Below, piece by piece: positions 40,951 to 50,874 of a stretch of DNA of 64,000 bases. Source of the DNA: Gemmatimonadota bacterium. GTDB taxonomy: Bacteria > Gemmatimonadota > Gemmatimonadetes > Gemmatimonadales > Gemmatimonadaceae. The stretch is taken from assembly GCA_031372565.1 (NCBI GenBank), contig JANMLN010000151.1, positions 13,128 through 77,127 of the forward strand, in the 5' to 3' direction. How positions within the stretch are numbered: position 1 is the first letter of the stretch; each line of letters starts with the position of its first letter. A model generated the notes under the pieces. It saw only the letters and a program-made list of their open reading frames with translations. It searched no databases and was not told where the DNA came from. The translations under genes and the position numbers were made by a program.

Positions 40951-41454
40951 TCAGGCTGGTGGAGCGTCGGCGCCGTACCAGAGGTTCGCCGAGCTCAGCT
41001 CCTCGCGTCCACCGGCCTTGAGGTAGACGAAGAGCTGCGTCTTGTACGCGGCCACGCCCATGAGGACCAGGGTCACCAGAAACGAACCGATGGTCGTCTG
41101 CGATCCGTCGAAGTCCGTGAAGGCGTTCCGGAAACGGGTGTCTGGAACGTCGGCGAGCAACGCCTCGTAGCGCTCCGACTGCGCGTCGATCGCCGCGACG
41201 GCCGCGTCGAAATCCAGCGCCTTCGCACCCTCCTCGGCGGCCGTCCAGAGCTCGATGTCGGGCGGCTCGCTGAGCGCGTACTGCACGAGCGTCGGACCCA
41301 TCATGCTCAGATAGCGCACCAGCTCGAGCGTACTCCGCTGCTTGGGCGAGGGGCGGTAATCGAGTTTCGCGCGGTCCACCTTGCCACAGAGGTGCAGCAG
41401 GATGCGGACTTCGTGCTGCAGCGAGCTGATGAGTTCGGACTTCGAGAGGACCAT
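40951..41454 (-). CDS. DinB-like four-helix protein (no His triad)
   Basis: LQHEVRILLHL, LDYRP...QRSTLEL.RYL, AYKTQLFVYLKA.G..EL...NLW.G. Start is 41454 or 41463. Confidence 0.7.
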   Translation of the reverse strand: MVLSKSELISSLQHEVRILLHLCGKVDRAKLDYRPSPKQRSTLELVRYLSMMGPTLVQYALSEPPDIELWTAAEEGAKALDFDAAVAAIDAQSERYEALLADVPDTRFRNAFTDFDGSQTTIGSFLVTLVLMGVAAYKTQLFVYLKAGGREELSSANLWYGADAPPA

Positions 41455-41528
41455 GGAGGGCATTGATCGGCTATGGAGTGAGCGTGCCAGCGGGGGCGCC
41501 AATCGCGGCGCGCCCCGGTCCCGGGACT

Positions 41529-42008
41529 TCAGCCCGCGTCGCCGATCAGCGCGTCGATGCCGGGCCAGGCCACCCCGTTGAAGCGCGCGATCGTGCGGAG
41601 ATAGTGCAGTCCGTCCTCGCCGAACTGCGCACGCACCACGCCGGCGGCCTTGGCCACCATCTCGGCCGACGTGTACGGCACCTCGAGCTTCTCGTCGATG
41701 GAGCCGCCCTCGTGCTTCACGCCGGCCGCATCGAGAAAGGCGATCTGGATCTCGGGGCGCATCTCGAGGTAGAGCGACTGCAGGAGATCGATCTCGTCGG
41801 AGGCCGACTGCGCATTCAGGCGCACGATCTCGCGGGCCAACTGGTCGCGCGACCAGCCGCTGACGGTCACGGCGCGAAAGCCGCCGCCCCGCGCCACGAT
41901 CCGGGCGATGAAGAGCGCGCGGCTTTCCTTGCGCGTGGTGAGCAGGTGCGTGACGATCGCGAGGCGACGGTCCGCAGGAAGCGAGCGGTAGAGGGATGTC
42001 TGGGCCAT
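41529..42008 (-). CDS. conserved hypothetical protein
   Basis: 159-aa ORF with host-like codon usage; GGFR, AFLDAAGV.H..G.I, YLRT...WP. Confidence 0.75.
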   Translation of the reverse strand: MAQTSLYRSLPADRRLAIVTHLLTTRKESRALFIARIVARGGGFRAVTVSGWSRDQLAREIVRLNAQSASDEIDLLQSLYLEMRPEIQIAFLDAAGVKHEGGSIDEKLEVPYTSAEMVAKAAGVVRAQFGEDGLHYLRTIARFNGVAWPGIDALIGDAG

Positions 42009-42103
42009 CTATCAAATCTGGCGAGACGATGGCCGTTATGACATCCCGGGTGCAGCCAGTCCGGCGGGCGACGCACCACGCCGGGCCCGAGTATCTTGAA
42101 AAC

Positions 42104-43627
42104 ATGGCTACCATCCGACAAGACGACTTCATCCAGTCGATCGCCGACGCGCTCCAGCACATCTCCTACTTCCACCCGCTGGACTACATCCACGCCCTCG
42201 CGGACGCGTACGAGAAGGAGCAGGGCCCCGCGGCCAAGGATGCCATCGCGCAGATCCTGACCAACTCGCGGATGTGCGCCGAAGGGCACCGGCCCATCTG
42301 CCAAGACACCGGCATCGTCGTGGTCTTTCTCAAGGTCGGGATGAACGTCCGCTGGGACGCGACCATGAGCGTGCAGGCGATGGTGGACGAAGGGGTGCGC
42401 CGCGCGTACCTGCTTCCGGAGAACGTCCTGCGGGCGTCGATCGTGTCGGACCCGGCGTTCGGTCGCAAGAACACGCGCGACAACACGCCGGCCGTGGTGC
42501 ACATGGAGCTCGTGCCCGGTGATGTCGTCGACGTGAAGGTCGCGGCCAAGGGGGGTGGCTCGGAGAACAAGTCCAAGTTCGCGATGCTCAACCCGAGCGA
42601 TTCGATCGTGGAGTGGGTGCTCAAGACGGTGCCGCTCATGGGCGCCGGCTGGTGCCCGCCAGGGATGCTCGGCATCGGGATTGGCGGATCGGCGGAGAAG
42701 GCGATGCTGATGGCCAAGGAGTCGTTGATGGAGCACATCGACATGGCGCAGCTCAAGGAGCGCGGTCCGCAGAACAGGATCGAGGAGCTCCGCATCGAGT
42801 TGCACGAGAAGGTGAATGCGCTGGGCATCGGTGCCCAGGGACTCGGTGGCCTCAGCACCGTGCTCGACGTCAAGATCTTCGACTATCCGACGCACGCCGC
42901 GTCCAAGCCGATCGCGATGATTCCCAACTGCGCGGCCACCCGGCACGCGCACTTCACGCTCGACGGGAGCGGCGTTGCGCAGTTGCCCATTCCGAAGCTC
43001 TCGGACTGGCCGACCGTGACGTGGAAGCCGGACGTGAACGCCAAGCACGTCGACCTCGACACGCTCACGCGCGAGGTCGTGACGTCATGGAAGGCGGGCG
43101 ACCGGTTGCTGCTCAACGGCAAGCTGCTGACCGGGCGCGATGCGGCCCACAAGCGCATCGCCGACCTGTACGCGAGCGGGGAGGGGCTGCCGGCCGGCGT
43201 GGACTTCACGAATCGCGTGATCTACCACGTGGGGCCGGTCGATCCGGTGCGCGATGTAGCCGTCGGCCCCGCGGGCCCGACGACGGCCACGCGCATGGAC
43301 AAGTTCACCGAGATGATGCTCGAGAAGACGGGGCTGATCGCGATGATCGGCAAGGCCGAGCGTGGACCGACGGGGCTCGAGGCGATCCGCAAGCACAAGG
43401 CGGCCTACCTGATGGCGGTCGGCGGCGCGGCGTATCTCGTGTCGAAGGCCATCCGGTCGTCACGCGTGGTCGCGTTCGAGGACCTCGGCATGGAAGCGAT
43501 CTACGAGTTCGACGTGCACGACATGCCGGTGACGGTCGCGGTGGATGCGGCGGGGTCCAACGTGCACGAGACGGGACCGCGGGAGTGGGCGGCGAAGATT
43601 CGCCAACTGCCGGTGCTCGCGGGGTGA
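42104..43627 (+). CDS. fumA: fumarate hydratase class I (Fe-S)
   Basis: IADALQ.IS.FHP, RPICQDTG, AKGGGSENKS, GWCPPG, GIGAQGLGG, NCAATRH, TGRDAAH, GPTTATRMD, DLGMEAI. Confidence 0.95.
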   Translation: MATIRQDDFIQSIADALQHISYFHPLDYIHALADAYEKEQGPAAKDAIAQILTNSRMCAEGHRPICQDTGIVVVFLKVGMNVRWDATMSVQAMVDEGVRRAYLLPENVLRASIVSDPAFGRKNTRDNTPAVVHMELVPGDVVDVKVAAKGGGSENKSKFAMLNPSDSIVEWVLKTVPLMGAGWCPPGMLGIGIGGSAEKAMLMAKESLMEHIDMAQLKERGPQNRIEELRIELHEKVNALGIGAQGLGGLSTVLDVKIFDYPTHAASKPIAMIPNCAATRHAHFTLDGSGVAQLPIPKLSDWPTVTWKPDVNAKHVDLDTLTREVVTSWKAGDRLLLNGKLLTGRDAAHKRIADLYASGEGLPAGVDFTNRVIYHVGPVDPVRDVAVGPAGPTTATRMDKFTEMMLEKTGLIAMIGKAERGPTGLEAIRKHKAAYLMAVGGAAYLVSKAIRSSRVVAFEDLGMEAIYEFDVHDMPVTVAVDAAGSNVHETGPREWAAKIRQLPVLAG

Positions 43628-43667
43628 GCCCTCGGGCGAGGCCGCGGCGCATGCGCGCGCCACGGCC

Positions 43668-44600
43668 TCACCGCCCCGCGGCTCGCCTCGCTTCGTATGC
43701 CGTGAGGTGCGTGTACGCCGCCGCCAGCAATGCGTCGTCAATGCCGTGCGCACGCGCTCGGCGCAGCATCCACCCGACGATGTGATCGGCCTCGACCCGG
43801 TTGCCCGCCTCGAGATCGCGCAACATCGATGCCGTGAGCGTGCTGCGTTCGTTGGTGAGCACCTTGCGCGCGCCTGCCGTGGCCTGCGGACGCGGAGCGA
43901 ACCCTTCGGCCGTCGCGATCGCGATATTGCCCTCGTGCAGCCGGACCGCTGCGTCGTGTCCTCCGTCCGCGCGCATGATCTCGCCGACGTTGGCGCGGAA
44001 GAGGCAGGTGAGGGATGCCAGCGCAGACAACACGACGATCTTCTCCCACATGTCCTGCTCGATGCGGGGCGACAACTCGGTGGTGAGCTTGGTCCGCTCG
44101 AGCAGCGCGGCGAGCGCCAGGGCCTTGGGCGAGGGCGCAGGCGGAGCGCCCCGTTCGCCGAACACGACGCGCTGGAACCCCGCCTCATGACGCACGGTGC
44201 CATCGGCGTCGAGCGAGACGGCCATCGCGCAGGTGCCACCCCACACGTGCGACGCGCCGAAGCGCGCATCAAGCGCATCGAGGTGCGCCATGCCGTTGAG
44301 CAGCGGGAGCAGCTGACAGCTCCCGTCCATGGCGGGCGCCACATCGGCCATGGCCGACTCCAGGTCGTACGCCTTGCACGTGAGCAGCGCGACGTCGAAG
44401 CCGGGCGTGAGCTTGGCGGCATTCACGGTCTGCACAGGAAAGGCGAGGTCGCCCAACGGGCTGACGACACGCAGTCCGTCGCGCGCGAGCTGGGCCGCAC
44501 GGCGTTCGCGCACGAGGAAGGTGACGTCGGCCCCCGCCTCGATCAGCCGAGCCCCGACGTGACCGCCGATACCCCCCGCGCCGATGATCAGGATGCGCAT
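43668..44600 (-). CDS. panE: 2-dehydropantoate 2-reductase (ApbA/PanE family)
   Basis: IIGAGGIGG, CKAYDL, LLNG, MWEK, SMLRDL..G..VE.D.IVG. Confidence 0.9.
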   Translation of the reverse strand: MRILIIGAGGIGGHVGARLIEAGADVTFLVRERRAAQLARDGLRVVSPLGDLAFPVQTVNAAKLTPGFDVALLTCKAYDLESAMADVAPAMDGSCQLLPLLNGMAHLDALDARFGASHVWGGTCAMAVSLDADGTVRHEAGFQRVVFGERGAPPAPSPKALALAALLERTKLTTELSPRIEQDMWEKIVVLSALASLTCLFRANVGEIMRADGGHDAAVRLHEGNIAIATAEGFAPRPQATAGARKVLTNERSTLTASMLRDLEAGNRVEADHIVGWMLRRARAHGIDDALLAAAYTHLTAYEARRAAGR

Positions 44601-44601
44601 G

Positions 44602-44841
44602 TCACTCCGTGCGCGTCGAGCGGACATGATCGAGATACATCGCTTCGACCTTCGTGCGCGCCCACGGCGTGCGGCGCAGGAACTTGAGGCTCGACGACAC
44701 GCTCGGATCACTCGTGAAGCACTGGATCTTCACGCGCCGCCCCATCCGCTCCCATCCAATCGCGGCCACGAGTTCATTCAGCATCCGCTCGAGCGTGACG
44801 CCGTGCAGCGGATTGGTGGGGTGCGCCTTGGGCGACGTCAT
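44602..44841 (-). CDS. VF530/DUF2132 family small DNA-binding protein
   Basis: NPLHGVTLE, GWE, I.CF..DPS..SSLKFLRRTPWAR.KVE. Confidence 0.92.
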   Translation of the reverse strand: MTSPKAHPTNPLHGVTLERMLNELVAAIGWERMGRRVKIQCFTSDPSVSSSLKFLRRTPWARTKVEAMYLDHVRSTRTE

Positions 44842-44949
44842 GGATGCGCGCGACGGGAAAGGGGCCTCGCGACGAGCGAGTGTCCGTCACAACATAGCGG
44901 ACGACGGGAGACCATCGCGCGGCTCGGCGTGCGTGGCGTGACGTGCGCG

Positions 44950-45159
44950 CTACCGGCCGAGCTTCGGCTTCCAGAGTGCCGCGTCGACGATCGACCAGAG
45001 ATGCACGGCCCATCCCAGCAGGAAGAACCAGAGAATGCCCGCCAGCACGAACTGGAAGCCGGCCATGAACACGCGCCCCTGGATCAGCTGCCCGAGCCCC
45101 GGAATGAAGAAGCTGCAGAGGGCCGCAATGACATTGCCTGTGGAGCCTTGACCGCTCAT
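44950..45159 (-). CDS. small membrane protein (69 aa)
   Basis: MSGQGSTGNVIAALCSFFIPGLGQLIQGR...LGW..HLWSI.DAA; GAGG SD. Confidence 0.8.
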   Translation of the reverse strand: MSGQGSTGNVIAALCSFFIPGLGQLIQGRVFMAGFQFVLAGILWFFLLGWAVHLWSIVDAALWKPKLGR

Positions 45160-45310
45160 GGAGTGCCTCGAGGGAAGCGGGGGAGGGGGCCAGCGCGCAC
45201 AGCAGCACGCGGGGGCCTCCATTCCTACGGGGCGGGCGGGTCCCGTGATTCACTCCGGGCTCGGCGCGGCCGCCCTTGACCGGAGCGCGGCGGGCCGGGA
45301 CCTTCTCGCC

Positions 45311-46849
45311 ATGCATTCTCCGCTCCCACTCCGTCGTGCAGCGCGTGCCGTCGCGCTCCTCCTGCTCGCTGCCCCGGGCGCCCACGCCCAAACCGCGCGG
45401 CGCGAGCGCGTCGACATGCTCATCACGGGCGGTGCCGTGGTGACGATGGACCGCGATCGCCGCGTCCTCGACGACGGCGCGGTGGCGGTGCGCAAGGACC
45501 GCATCGTGGCGGTGGGCACGTCGCGCGAGATCGCGGCGCGCTACACCGCGCCGCAGGTCATCGACGCGCGCCGCAAGATCATCATGCCGGGCTTGATCGA
45601 CGGCCACGGCCACGCTGGCCACACCCTGGTCAAGACGCTCGGCATGGATCAGGGCGCCTTCAACGAGGTCACCGAGAAGATCTATGCGCGGGGCTCGACG
45701 GTCGGCTTCTGGCAGGCCGATGGCGCGTTGGCCGCGCTCGAGAAGCTGCGCTTCGGCGTGACCACGTCGCTCGTGCTCTTCGGCGGCGGCGACAACGTCT
45801 GGCGCACCGACCAGACGCGCTACGGCAATGCGTACATGGGCGGCGTGCGTGACGTGGGCGTGCGGTGGATCCTCGCCGTCGGACCACGGCGCCCACCCTT
45901 CCCGCGCACCTACACGCAGTGGGACGGCAATCAGTCCACCGATGTGCCCAGCTCGTTCGACCAGCAGCTCGCCGTCTCCGAATCCCTCATCACGAAGTGG
46001 CATGGCGCGGCGGACGGCCGGCTGCGCATGGCGGTGGTGTATCCCACGGTGAACCCGGCCACGGCGCCGATCAGCGCCGAGTCCATGCGCGAGCTCAAGG
46101 CGCAGGCAGAGGCGACGCGTGCGTTCTCGAAGAAGCACCAACTGCTCTTCGCGCAGGATGGCCACACGCGCGGTACGGTGCAGTTCGCCAACGACTCGCT
46201 CGGCCTGCTCGGTCCGGACGCGATCTTCTCGCACGCGACCGAACTCACGACCGACGAGATCGCGCTGGTGGCGCGCACGGGCACCAGGATCGTGCACAAC
46301 CCGAGCGCCATCTACTCCATGCGCGGCCGAGCACCGGTCACGGAGTTGCTCGACGCAGGCGCCACCGTCATGCTGGGCTCCGATGGCGTGGCGCCCGACC
46401 GGAGCTACGACATGTTCCGGCACATGTTCCAGGCGGGGCGCTACCACCGGTTCTTCTTCCGTGATCCGGACGTGCTCCCCGCGGGCAAGATCCTCGAGAT
46501 GACGACCGTGGATGCGGCGCGTGCGCTTGGCCTGCAGGACGAGATCGGGGCGCTCGAGCCCGGCAAGAAGGCCGACATCATCCTCGTCGACCTGTGGCGG
46601 CCGCACATGGTACCGATGCAGATGCCGCTGTACCGGCTGGCCTACTTCGCCAACGGCAACGACGTGCACACCGTGATCGTGGACGGGCGTGTGCTGATGC
46701 GCGATCGGAAGGTGTTGAGCGTCAACGAGTCGGGCATTCTGGAGATGGCGCAGCGCGAGAGCGACGCGGCGATTGCGCGCACGGGGCTCGGTGGCATGCT
46801 CGCCACGCCGCCCGGCTTCTGGGGAAAGACGCACCTGCCGAAGCGGTAG
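45311..46849 (+). CDS. amidohydrolase (AtzA/TrzA/SAH-deaminase-like), exported
   Basis: Signal peptide ending AHA; VVTMD, MPGLIDGHGH, SH, HNPS, LGSDG, GALEPGKKAD. Confidence 0.88.
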   Translation: MHSPLPLRRAARAVALLLLAAPGAHAQTARRERVDMLITGGAVVTMDRDRRVLDDGAVAVRKDRIVAVGTSREIAARYTAPQVIDARRKIIMPGLIDGHGHAGHTLVKTLGMDQGAFNEVTEKIYARGSTVGFWQADGALAALEKLRFGVTTSLVLFGGGDNVWRTDQTRYGNAYMGGVRDVGVRWILAVGPRRPPFPRTYTQWDGNQSTDVPSSFDQQLAVSESLITKWHGAADGRLRMAVVYPTVNPATAPISAESMRELKAQAEATRAFSKKHQLLFAQDGHTRGTVQFANDSLGLLGPDAIFSHATELTTDEIALVARTGTRIVHNPSAIYSMRGRAPVTELLDAGATVMLGSDGVAPDRSYDMFRHMFQAGRYHRFFFRDPDVLPAGKILEMTTVDAARALGLQDEIGALEPGKKADIILVDLWRPHMVPMQMPLYRLAYFANGNDVHTVIVDGRVLMRDRKVLSVNESGILEMAQRESDAAIARTGLGGMLATPPGFWGKTHLPKR

Positions 46850-46918
46850 TCGGCGGCCACGGTGCAGGGCGGTGGCCGACCCGCTGCCATCGCCGCGCCC
46901 GTTCGTCATCTTTCCCGG

Positions 46919-47938
46919 ATGACCAGTGCGTCGAACCCGGAGGGCGGAGCACACGCGCCGCGCCGCATCTTCATGATCGGGGCCACGGGCACGATTGGCC
47001 GCGCCACGGTGCGTGCCCTGGTACGGCACGGGCATGACGTGGTCTGCTTCGTGCGCCCCTCATCGGCGAGCGCGGTGGCTCAGGCGCGCGCGTCGTCACT
47101 CGATGCCCACGTCACGGTGCGCACGGGTGATGTCACCGATGCCGCGTCCGTGGCGCGCGACGGCTTCTGCGGCGAACGGTTCGACGCCGTGGTCTCGTGC
47201 CTCGCGTCACGTACTGGCGGCCCGCGCGATGCCTGGGCCATCGATCATCAGGCGCATCTCGGCGTGCTCGAGGCCGCCAAGGCTGCCGGCGTCGCGCATT
47301 TCGTCCTGCTCTCCGCCATCTGCGTGCAGAAGCCGCTGCTCGAGTTCCAGCGGGCCAAGCTCGCGTTCGAGGCGGCGCTGGTTGCATCGGGCATCGACTA
47401 CTCGATCGTGCGCGCGACCGCCTTCTTCAAGTCGCTCTCGGGCCAGATCAAGCGCGTGCAGGCGGGGAAGCCCTTCCTCGTGTTCGGCGACGGCACCATG
47501 ACGGCGTGCAAGCCGATCAGCGACGATGATCTGGCCGAATATCTGGCGGGTTGCCTGGATGATCCCTCGCGCCGCAACCGGATCCTGCCGATCGGGGGGC
47601 CGGGACCGGCGCTGACGTCGCGCGCGCAAGGCGAGCAGCTCTTTGCGCTCGCGCAGAAGGAGCCCAAGTTCACGCAGGTACCCGTGGCGATGCTCGATGT
47701 CATCATCGGGGTGCTTGGCACGCTGGGACGCATCGTTCCGCCGCTGGCGGACAAAGCCGAGTTCGCGCGCATTGGTCGCTACTATGCGACCGAGTCGATG
47801 CTGGTGTGGAACGCGGCAGAAGCGCGGTACGACGCCGATGCCACACCGGAGTTCGGGCACGAAACGCTCGGCCAGCATCATGCCAAACTGCTGCGCGGCG
47901 AACTGGCAGATGACCGCGGCGAGCATGCTGTCTTCTAG
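46919..47938 (+). CDS. bciA: divinyl (proto)chlorophyllide 8-vinyl reductase, NADPH-dependent
   Basis: GATGTIG, VVSCLASRTG..DAW.IDH.A, HFVLLSAICVQKPLLEFQRAKL.FE, IVR.TAFFKSLSGQ, FGDG...ACKPISD.DLA, LPIGGPG, ARIGRYYA.ESMLV, TP.FG. These match BciA/DVR signatures as I recall them. Confidence 0.85.
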   Translation: MTSASNPEGGAHAPRRIFMIGATGTIGRATVRALVRHGHDVVCFVRPSSASAVAQARASSLDAHVTVRTGDVTDAASVARDGFCGERFDAVVSCLASRTGGPRDAWAIDHQAHLGVLEAAKAAGVAHFVLLSAICVQKPLLEFQRAKLAFEAALVASGIDYSIVRATAFFKSLSGQIKRVQAGKPFLVFGDGTMTACKPISDDDLAEYLAGCLDDPSRRNRILPIGGPGPALTSRAQGEQLFALAQKEPKFTQVPVAMLDVIIGVLGTLGRIVPPLADKAEFARIGRYYATESMLVWNAAEARYDADATPEFGHETLGQHHAKLLRGELADDRGEHAVF

Positions 47939-47953
47939 CGCCAACCAGCCATC

Positions 47954-49441
47954 ATGACGTCCACCGTGACTCCGCACATGACCGCTGCGCCTGGTTGGCG
48001 CTTCGACAACAGCTACGCGCGGCTGCCCGCGACGCTCTTTGCGCGCGCGCATCCCGCCTCAGTGCGCGCGCCCTCAGTTGTCGTGCTGAATCACGCGCTC
48101 GCGCGCGAGCTCGGCTTGTCGCTCGACACGTTGACCCCCGACGCAGCGGCTGCGTTGTTCGCGGGGCAGTCCATCCCGGACGGTGCCGATCCGATCGCGC
48201 AGGCCTACGCCGGCCACCAGTTCGGCGGCTTCACCATGCTGGGCGACGGCCGCGCCATCCTCCTCGGCGAACATGTGACCCCCGCGGGCGCGCGCGTGGA
48301 CATCCAGTTCAAGGGCTCCGGTCCGACGCCGTTCTCGCGTCGTGGCGATGGTCGCGCCGCGCTGGGGCCGATGCTGCGCGAGTACATCATCAGCGAGGCG
48401 ATGCACGCGCTCGGCATTCCCACCACGCGGAGTCTCGCGGTGGTCACGACCGGCGAGATGGTGTACCGCGAGGATCGATTGCGCGGGGCGGTGCTGACGC
48501 GCGTGGCGGCGAGTCATCTGCGCGTCGGGACCTTCCAGTACCTCGGGGCGCAGGGGGACGTCGCCACGTTGCGCACGCTCGCCGACTACGCGATCGCGCG
48601 GCACTATCCGGAGATCGCGGCCGACGCGCAGCCATACCTCGCCCTGCTTCGCGCCGTGATGCAGCGGCAGATGGCGCTCATCGCACGCTGGCAGTTGGTG
48701 GGCTTCGTGCATGGCGTCATGAACACCGACAACATGTCGATCGCGGGCGAGACGATCGACTACGGCCCGTGCGCCTTCATGGACCGGTATCATCCGGAGA
48801 CCGTGTTCAGTTCGATCGACGGCTACGGGCGGTACGCGTACGATCAGCAGCCGGCGATCGCCAACTGGAATCTGGCGCGGTTCGCCGAGGCGCTGTTGCC
48901 GCTGTGTGATCCGGAGCCGATCCGGGCGGCGGAGCTGGCGACGGCGGTGTTGGCGGAGGCGCCGTCGCTGTTTGAACAGGCGTGGCTGGAGGGGATGCGC
49001 GCCAAGCTCGGGCTGTCTGGAGCGGATGCGGACGACCTGATGCTCGTGGGTGAGCTGCTCGCCTGGATGCAGGAGACCAGCGCGGACTTCACGAACACCT
49101 TTCGTGCGTTGTCGCTGCCTGCGACGAACGCGGCACCGATCGCGCCGCCCACCGATGCGCGCTTTGGTGCGTGGCATCAACGCTGGATGTCGCGGGCGAC
49201 GGCGCACGGCGTGACGGTCGCTCAGGCGCAGGAGCGCATGCGCGCGGCGAATCCGGCGATCATCCCGCGCAACCACCGCGTGGAGGCCGCACTCGCGGCC
49301 GCGCAGACGGATGACCTGGCGCCGATGCAGCGACTGCTCGCCGACATGGCGGCGCCGTACGACGACCGGCCGCGCGACCCTGATGGGTTGCAGCCTGCGC
49401 CGGAGTCAGCTGCGCATTACCGGACGTTCTGCGGTACCTGA
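47954..49441 (+). CDS. selO: protein adenylyltransferase SelO (YdiU)
   Basis: AQAYAGHQFG, LGDGRA, KGSG.TPFSR.GDGRA, REY..SEAM..LGIPTTR, GFVHGVMNTDN, DYGP, IPRN, TFCGT C-terminus. Confidence 0.95.
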   Translation: MTSTVTPHMTAAPGWRFDNSYARLPATLFARAHPASVRAPSVVVLNHALARELGLSLDTLTPDAAAALFAGQSIPDGADPIAQAYAGHQFGGFTMLGDGRAILLGEHVTPAGARVDIQFKGSGPTPFSRRGDGRAALGPMLREYIISEAMHALGIPTTRSLAVVTTGEMVYREDRLRGAVLTRVAASHLRVGTFQYLGAQGDVATLRTLADYAIARHYPEIAADAQPYLALLRAVMQRQMALIARWQLVGFVHGVMNTDNMSIAGETIDYGPCAFMDRYHPETVFSSIDGYGRYAYDQQPAIANWNLARFAEALLPLCDPEPIRAAELATAVLAEAPSLFEQAWLEGMRAKLGLSGADADDLMLVGELLAWMQETSADFTNTFRALSLPATNAAPIAPPTDARFGAWHQRWMSRATAHGVTVAQAQERMRAANPAIIPRNHRVEAALAAAQTDDLAPMQRLLADMAAPYDDRPRDPDGLQPAPESAAHYRTFCGT

Positions 49442-49484
49442 GCGACGGACGCACGTCGCGGGCGCAGCACCGGCGAACGCGCCG

Positions 49485-49877
49485 CTACGCGTCCTTCGGG
49501 CCGTACAACGTCTCGCCGATGACCAGTCCGTGACCATCGGGGGTTTTCACGACCATCTCCCGCAAGCCGTACTCGCGATTGGTGGGCGGCGATTTCACCA
49601 GAGCACCACGTGCCTTGATCTCGGCATGGTACGCATCGACGCCGTCGATCAGCAGATGCACGAACCAGGAGTGATTGCCGGTCTGCTCGGCCGAGACCTC
49701 GTCGCGGCATTCGCCAAGCATCACGTGGAAGGCATCGCGTGACAGGAAGCGCCAGCCGGGCGAATGGATGTCGTCTTCGACGAAACCGAGCACGTCGATG
49801 TAGTAGCGGGCGGAACGCTCCAGATCCTGCACGGCGAGGACGGAGCGTGCGCGCGTGAAGCGCGGGGCGTCGGTCAT
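49485..49877 (-). CDS. VOC/glyoxalase family protein
   Basis: LAVQDLERS..YY..VLGF, YGLREM...TPDGH. Confidence 0.85.
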   Translation of the reverse strand: MTDAPRFTRARSVLAVQDLERSARYYIDVLGFVEDDIHSPGWRFLSRDAFHVMLGECRDEVSAEQTGNHSWFVHLLIDGVDAYHAEIKARGALVKSPPTNREYGLREMVVKTPDGHGLVIGETLYGPKDA

Positions 49878-49912
49878 GCGAGAAAGGGCAAAGACGGTGA
49901 AGGGGTAGGGCG

Positions 49913-50317
49913 CTACGGAGAAGATGGCGGCGCAGAGCCGTCGCGCGCCATCTGCCATCGCACGATGGCCGCGACCATCAGGGCCGCCAGCGCGACGAGA
50001 TCCACCCGAACCACGCGCGCAACCTCGGGCGTCCCGGCTCCGGTCAGTCGCGCCATCCACAGAAACGTGCCCACACTGACCATACCCGCTGCGATGGCGG
50101 CCGGCTGCCACGCGGGACGGAAGGCAGCCGCACCGAGGAAGGCGCCCAGGAGTCCGAACAGGACGGCGCGGTGTCGTAGCAGCAATACCGTCGTGGCGTC
50201 GTCCACGCGCACACCATACAGCCGCGCGAGGGCGGGGGCGCCCGCCGCACCAGCCACCGGCAGGAGGTGAATCAGCGCGAGGGCCAGGAGTACCGTAACG
50301 ACGATCGCTCGCCTCAT
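49913..50317 (-). CDS. small integral membrane protein
   Basis: IHLLP..G, LYGV, LLRHRAVLFG; about four hydrophobic segments; ATGA overlap with the upstream gene. Confidence 0.75.
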   Translation of the reverse strand: MRRAIVVTVLLALALIHLLPVAGAAGAPALARLYGVRVDDATTVLLLRHRAVLFGLLGAFLGAAAFRPAWQPAAIAAGMVSVGTFLWMARLTGAGTPEVARVVRVDLVALAALMVAAIVRWQMARDGSAPPSSP

Positions 50318-50739
50318 GCGCCGCTCCGCGCCGCCGTGCCCGCGACACTCGAGCGGCGAGGCCAGAGCAACAGCACGAACGCGGCCAGAAACCCCGTGTT
50401 CGACAGCGCGTTCCAGCCGAATCCCAGCACAAGCGATGCTCCGCTGTCGAGCACGTACCACGCGACGGCGCTTGCGAGCGCGGCCGAACGAAGCGGAAGT
50501 CCGCGCCCAAGCAGCCCCAGGAGCACCCCCCAGCCGAGAGTGAGCGCGCCCGAGATTGCCGCACCGAGCCGCATCGCGGGCCCGCCGTCGGTGGGGGTGC
50601 CCGCGGTGGCCGCTATCGAGTAGACCGTGACCAGCAGGTCTGGCGCCGCGACGGCCAGCAGCGCGAGCGGGGCGCCGGTGACGACGAGCAGCGCGCCCAA
50701 CACGGTGAGGGCACGATCGGGAGTGGGGGCAGTCGACAT
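50314..50739 (-). CDS. membrane protein
   Basis: About four TM segments; AISGALTLGWG, WYVLDSGAS...G...NA..N. Confidence 0.7.
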   Translation of the reverse strand: MSTAPTPDRALTVLGALLVVTGAPLALLAVAAPDLLVTVYSIAATAGTPTDGGPAMRLGAAISGALTLGWGVLLGLLGRGLPLRSAALASAVAWYVLDSGASLVLGFGWNALSNTGFLAAFVLLLWPRRSSVAGTAARSGA

Positions 50740-50825
50740 GGGGACGAGGGCTGGATGTTGGCCGCACCGCGCCCGAGCGGGCAGTGCATGGAGCGCAAGC
50801 TGCGCGCCCCGGTAACCAGTTTCGA

Positions 50826-50840
50826 TTCCCTCCGAGGGAA
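50826..50840. promoter_or_regulatory. perfect 7-1-7 palindrome between divergent genes; candidate XRE operator
   Basis: TTCCCTC-C-GAGGGAA, about 35 bp upstream of the XRE gene start. Confidence 0.55.
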
Positions 50841-50874
50841 GCGCGCCGCACCCCGCGCCCGCTACGATTCGGTC

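Noticed and set aside
49420..49441. Selenocysteine at the SelO C-terminus
   Set aside because: It ends TFCGT-stop, the ordinary Cys-type bacterial terminus.
49913..50317. Label 'phosphopantetheine adenylyltransferase' sometimes attached to similar small membrane proteins
   Set aside because: No HxGH nucleotidyltransferase motif, and the protein is almost entirely hydrophobic.
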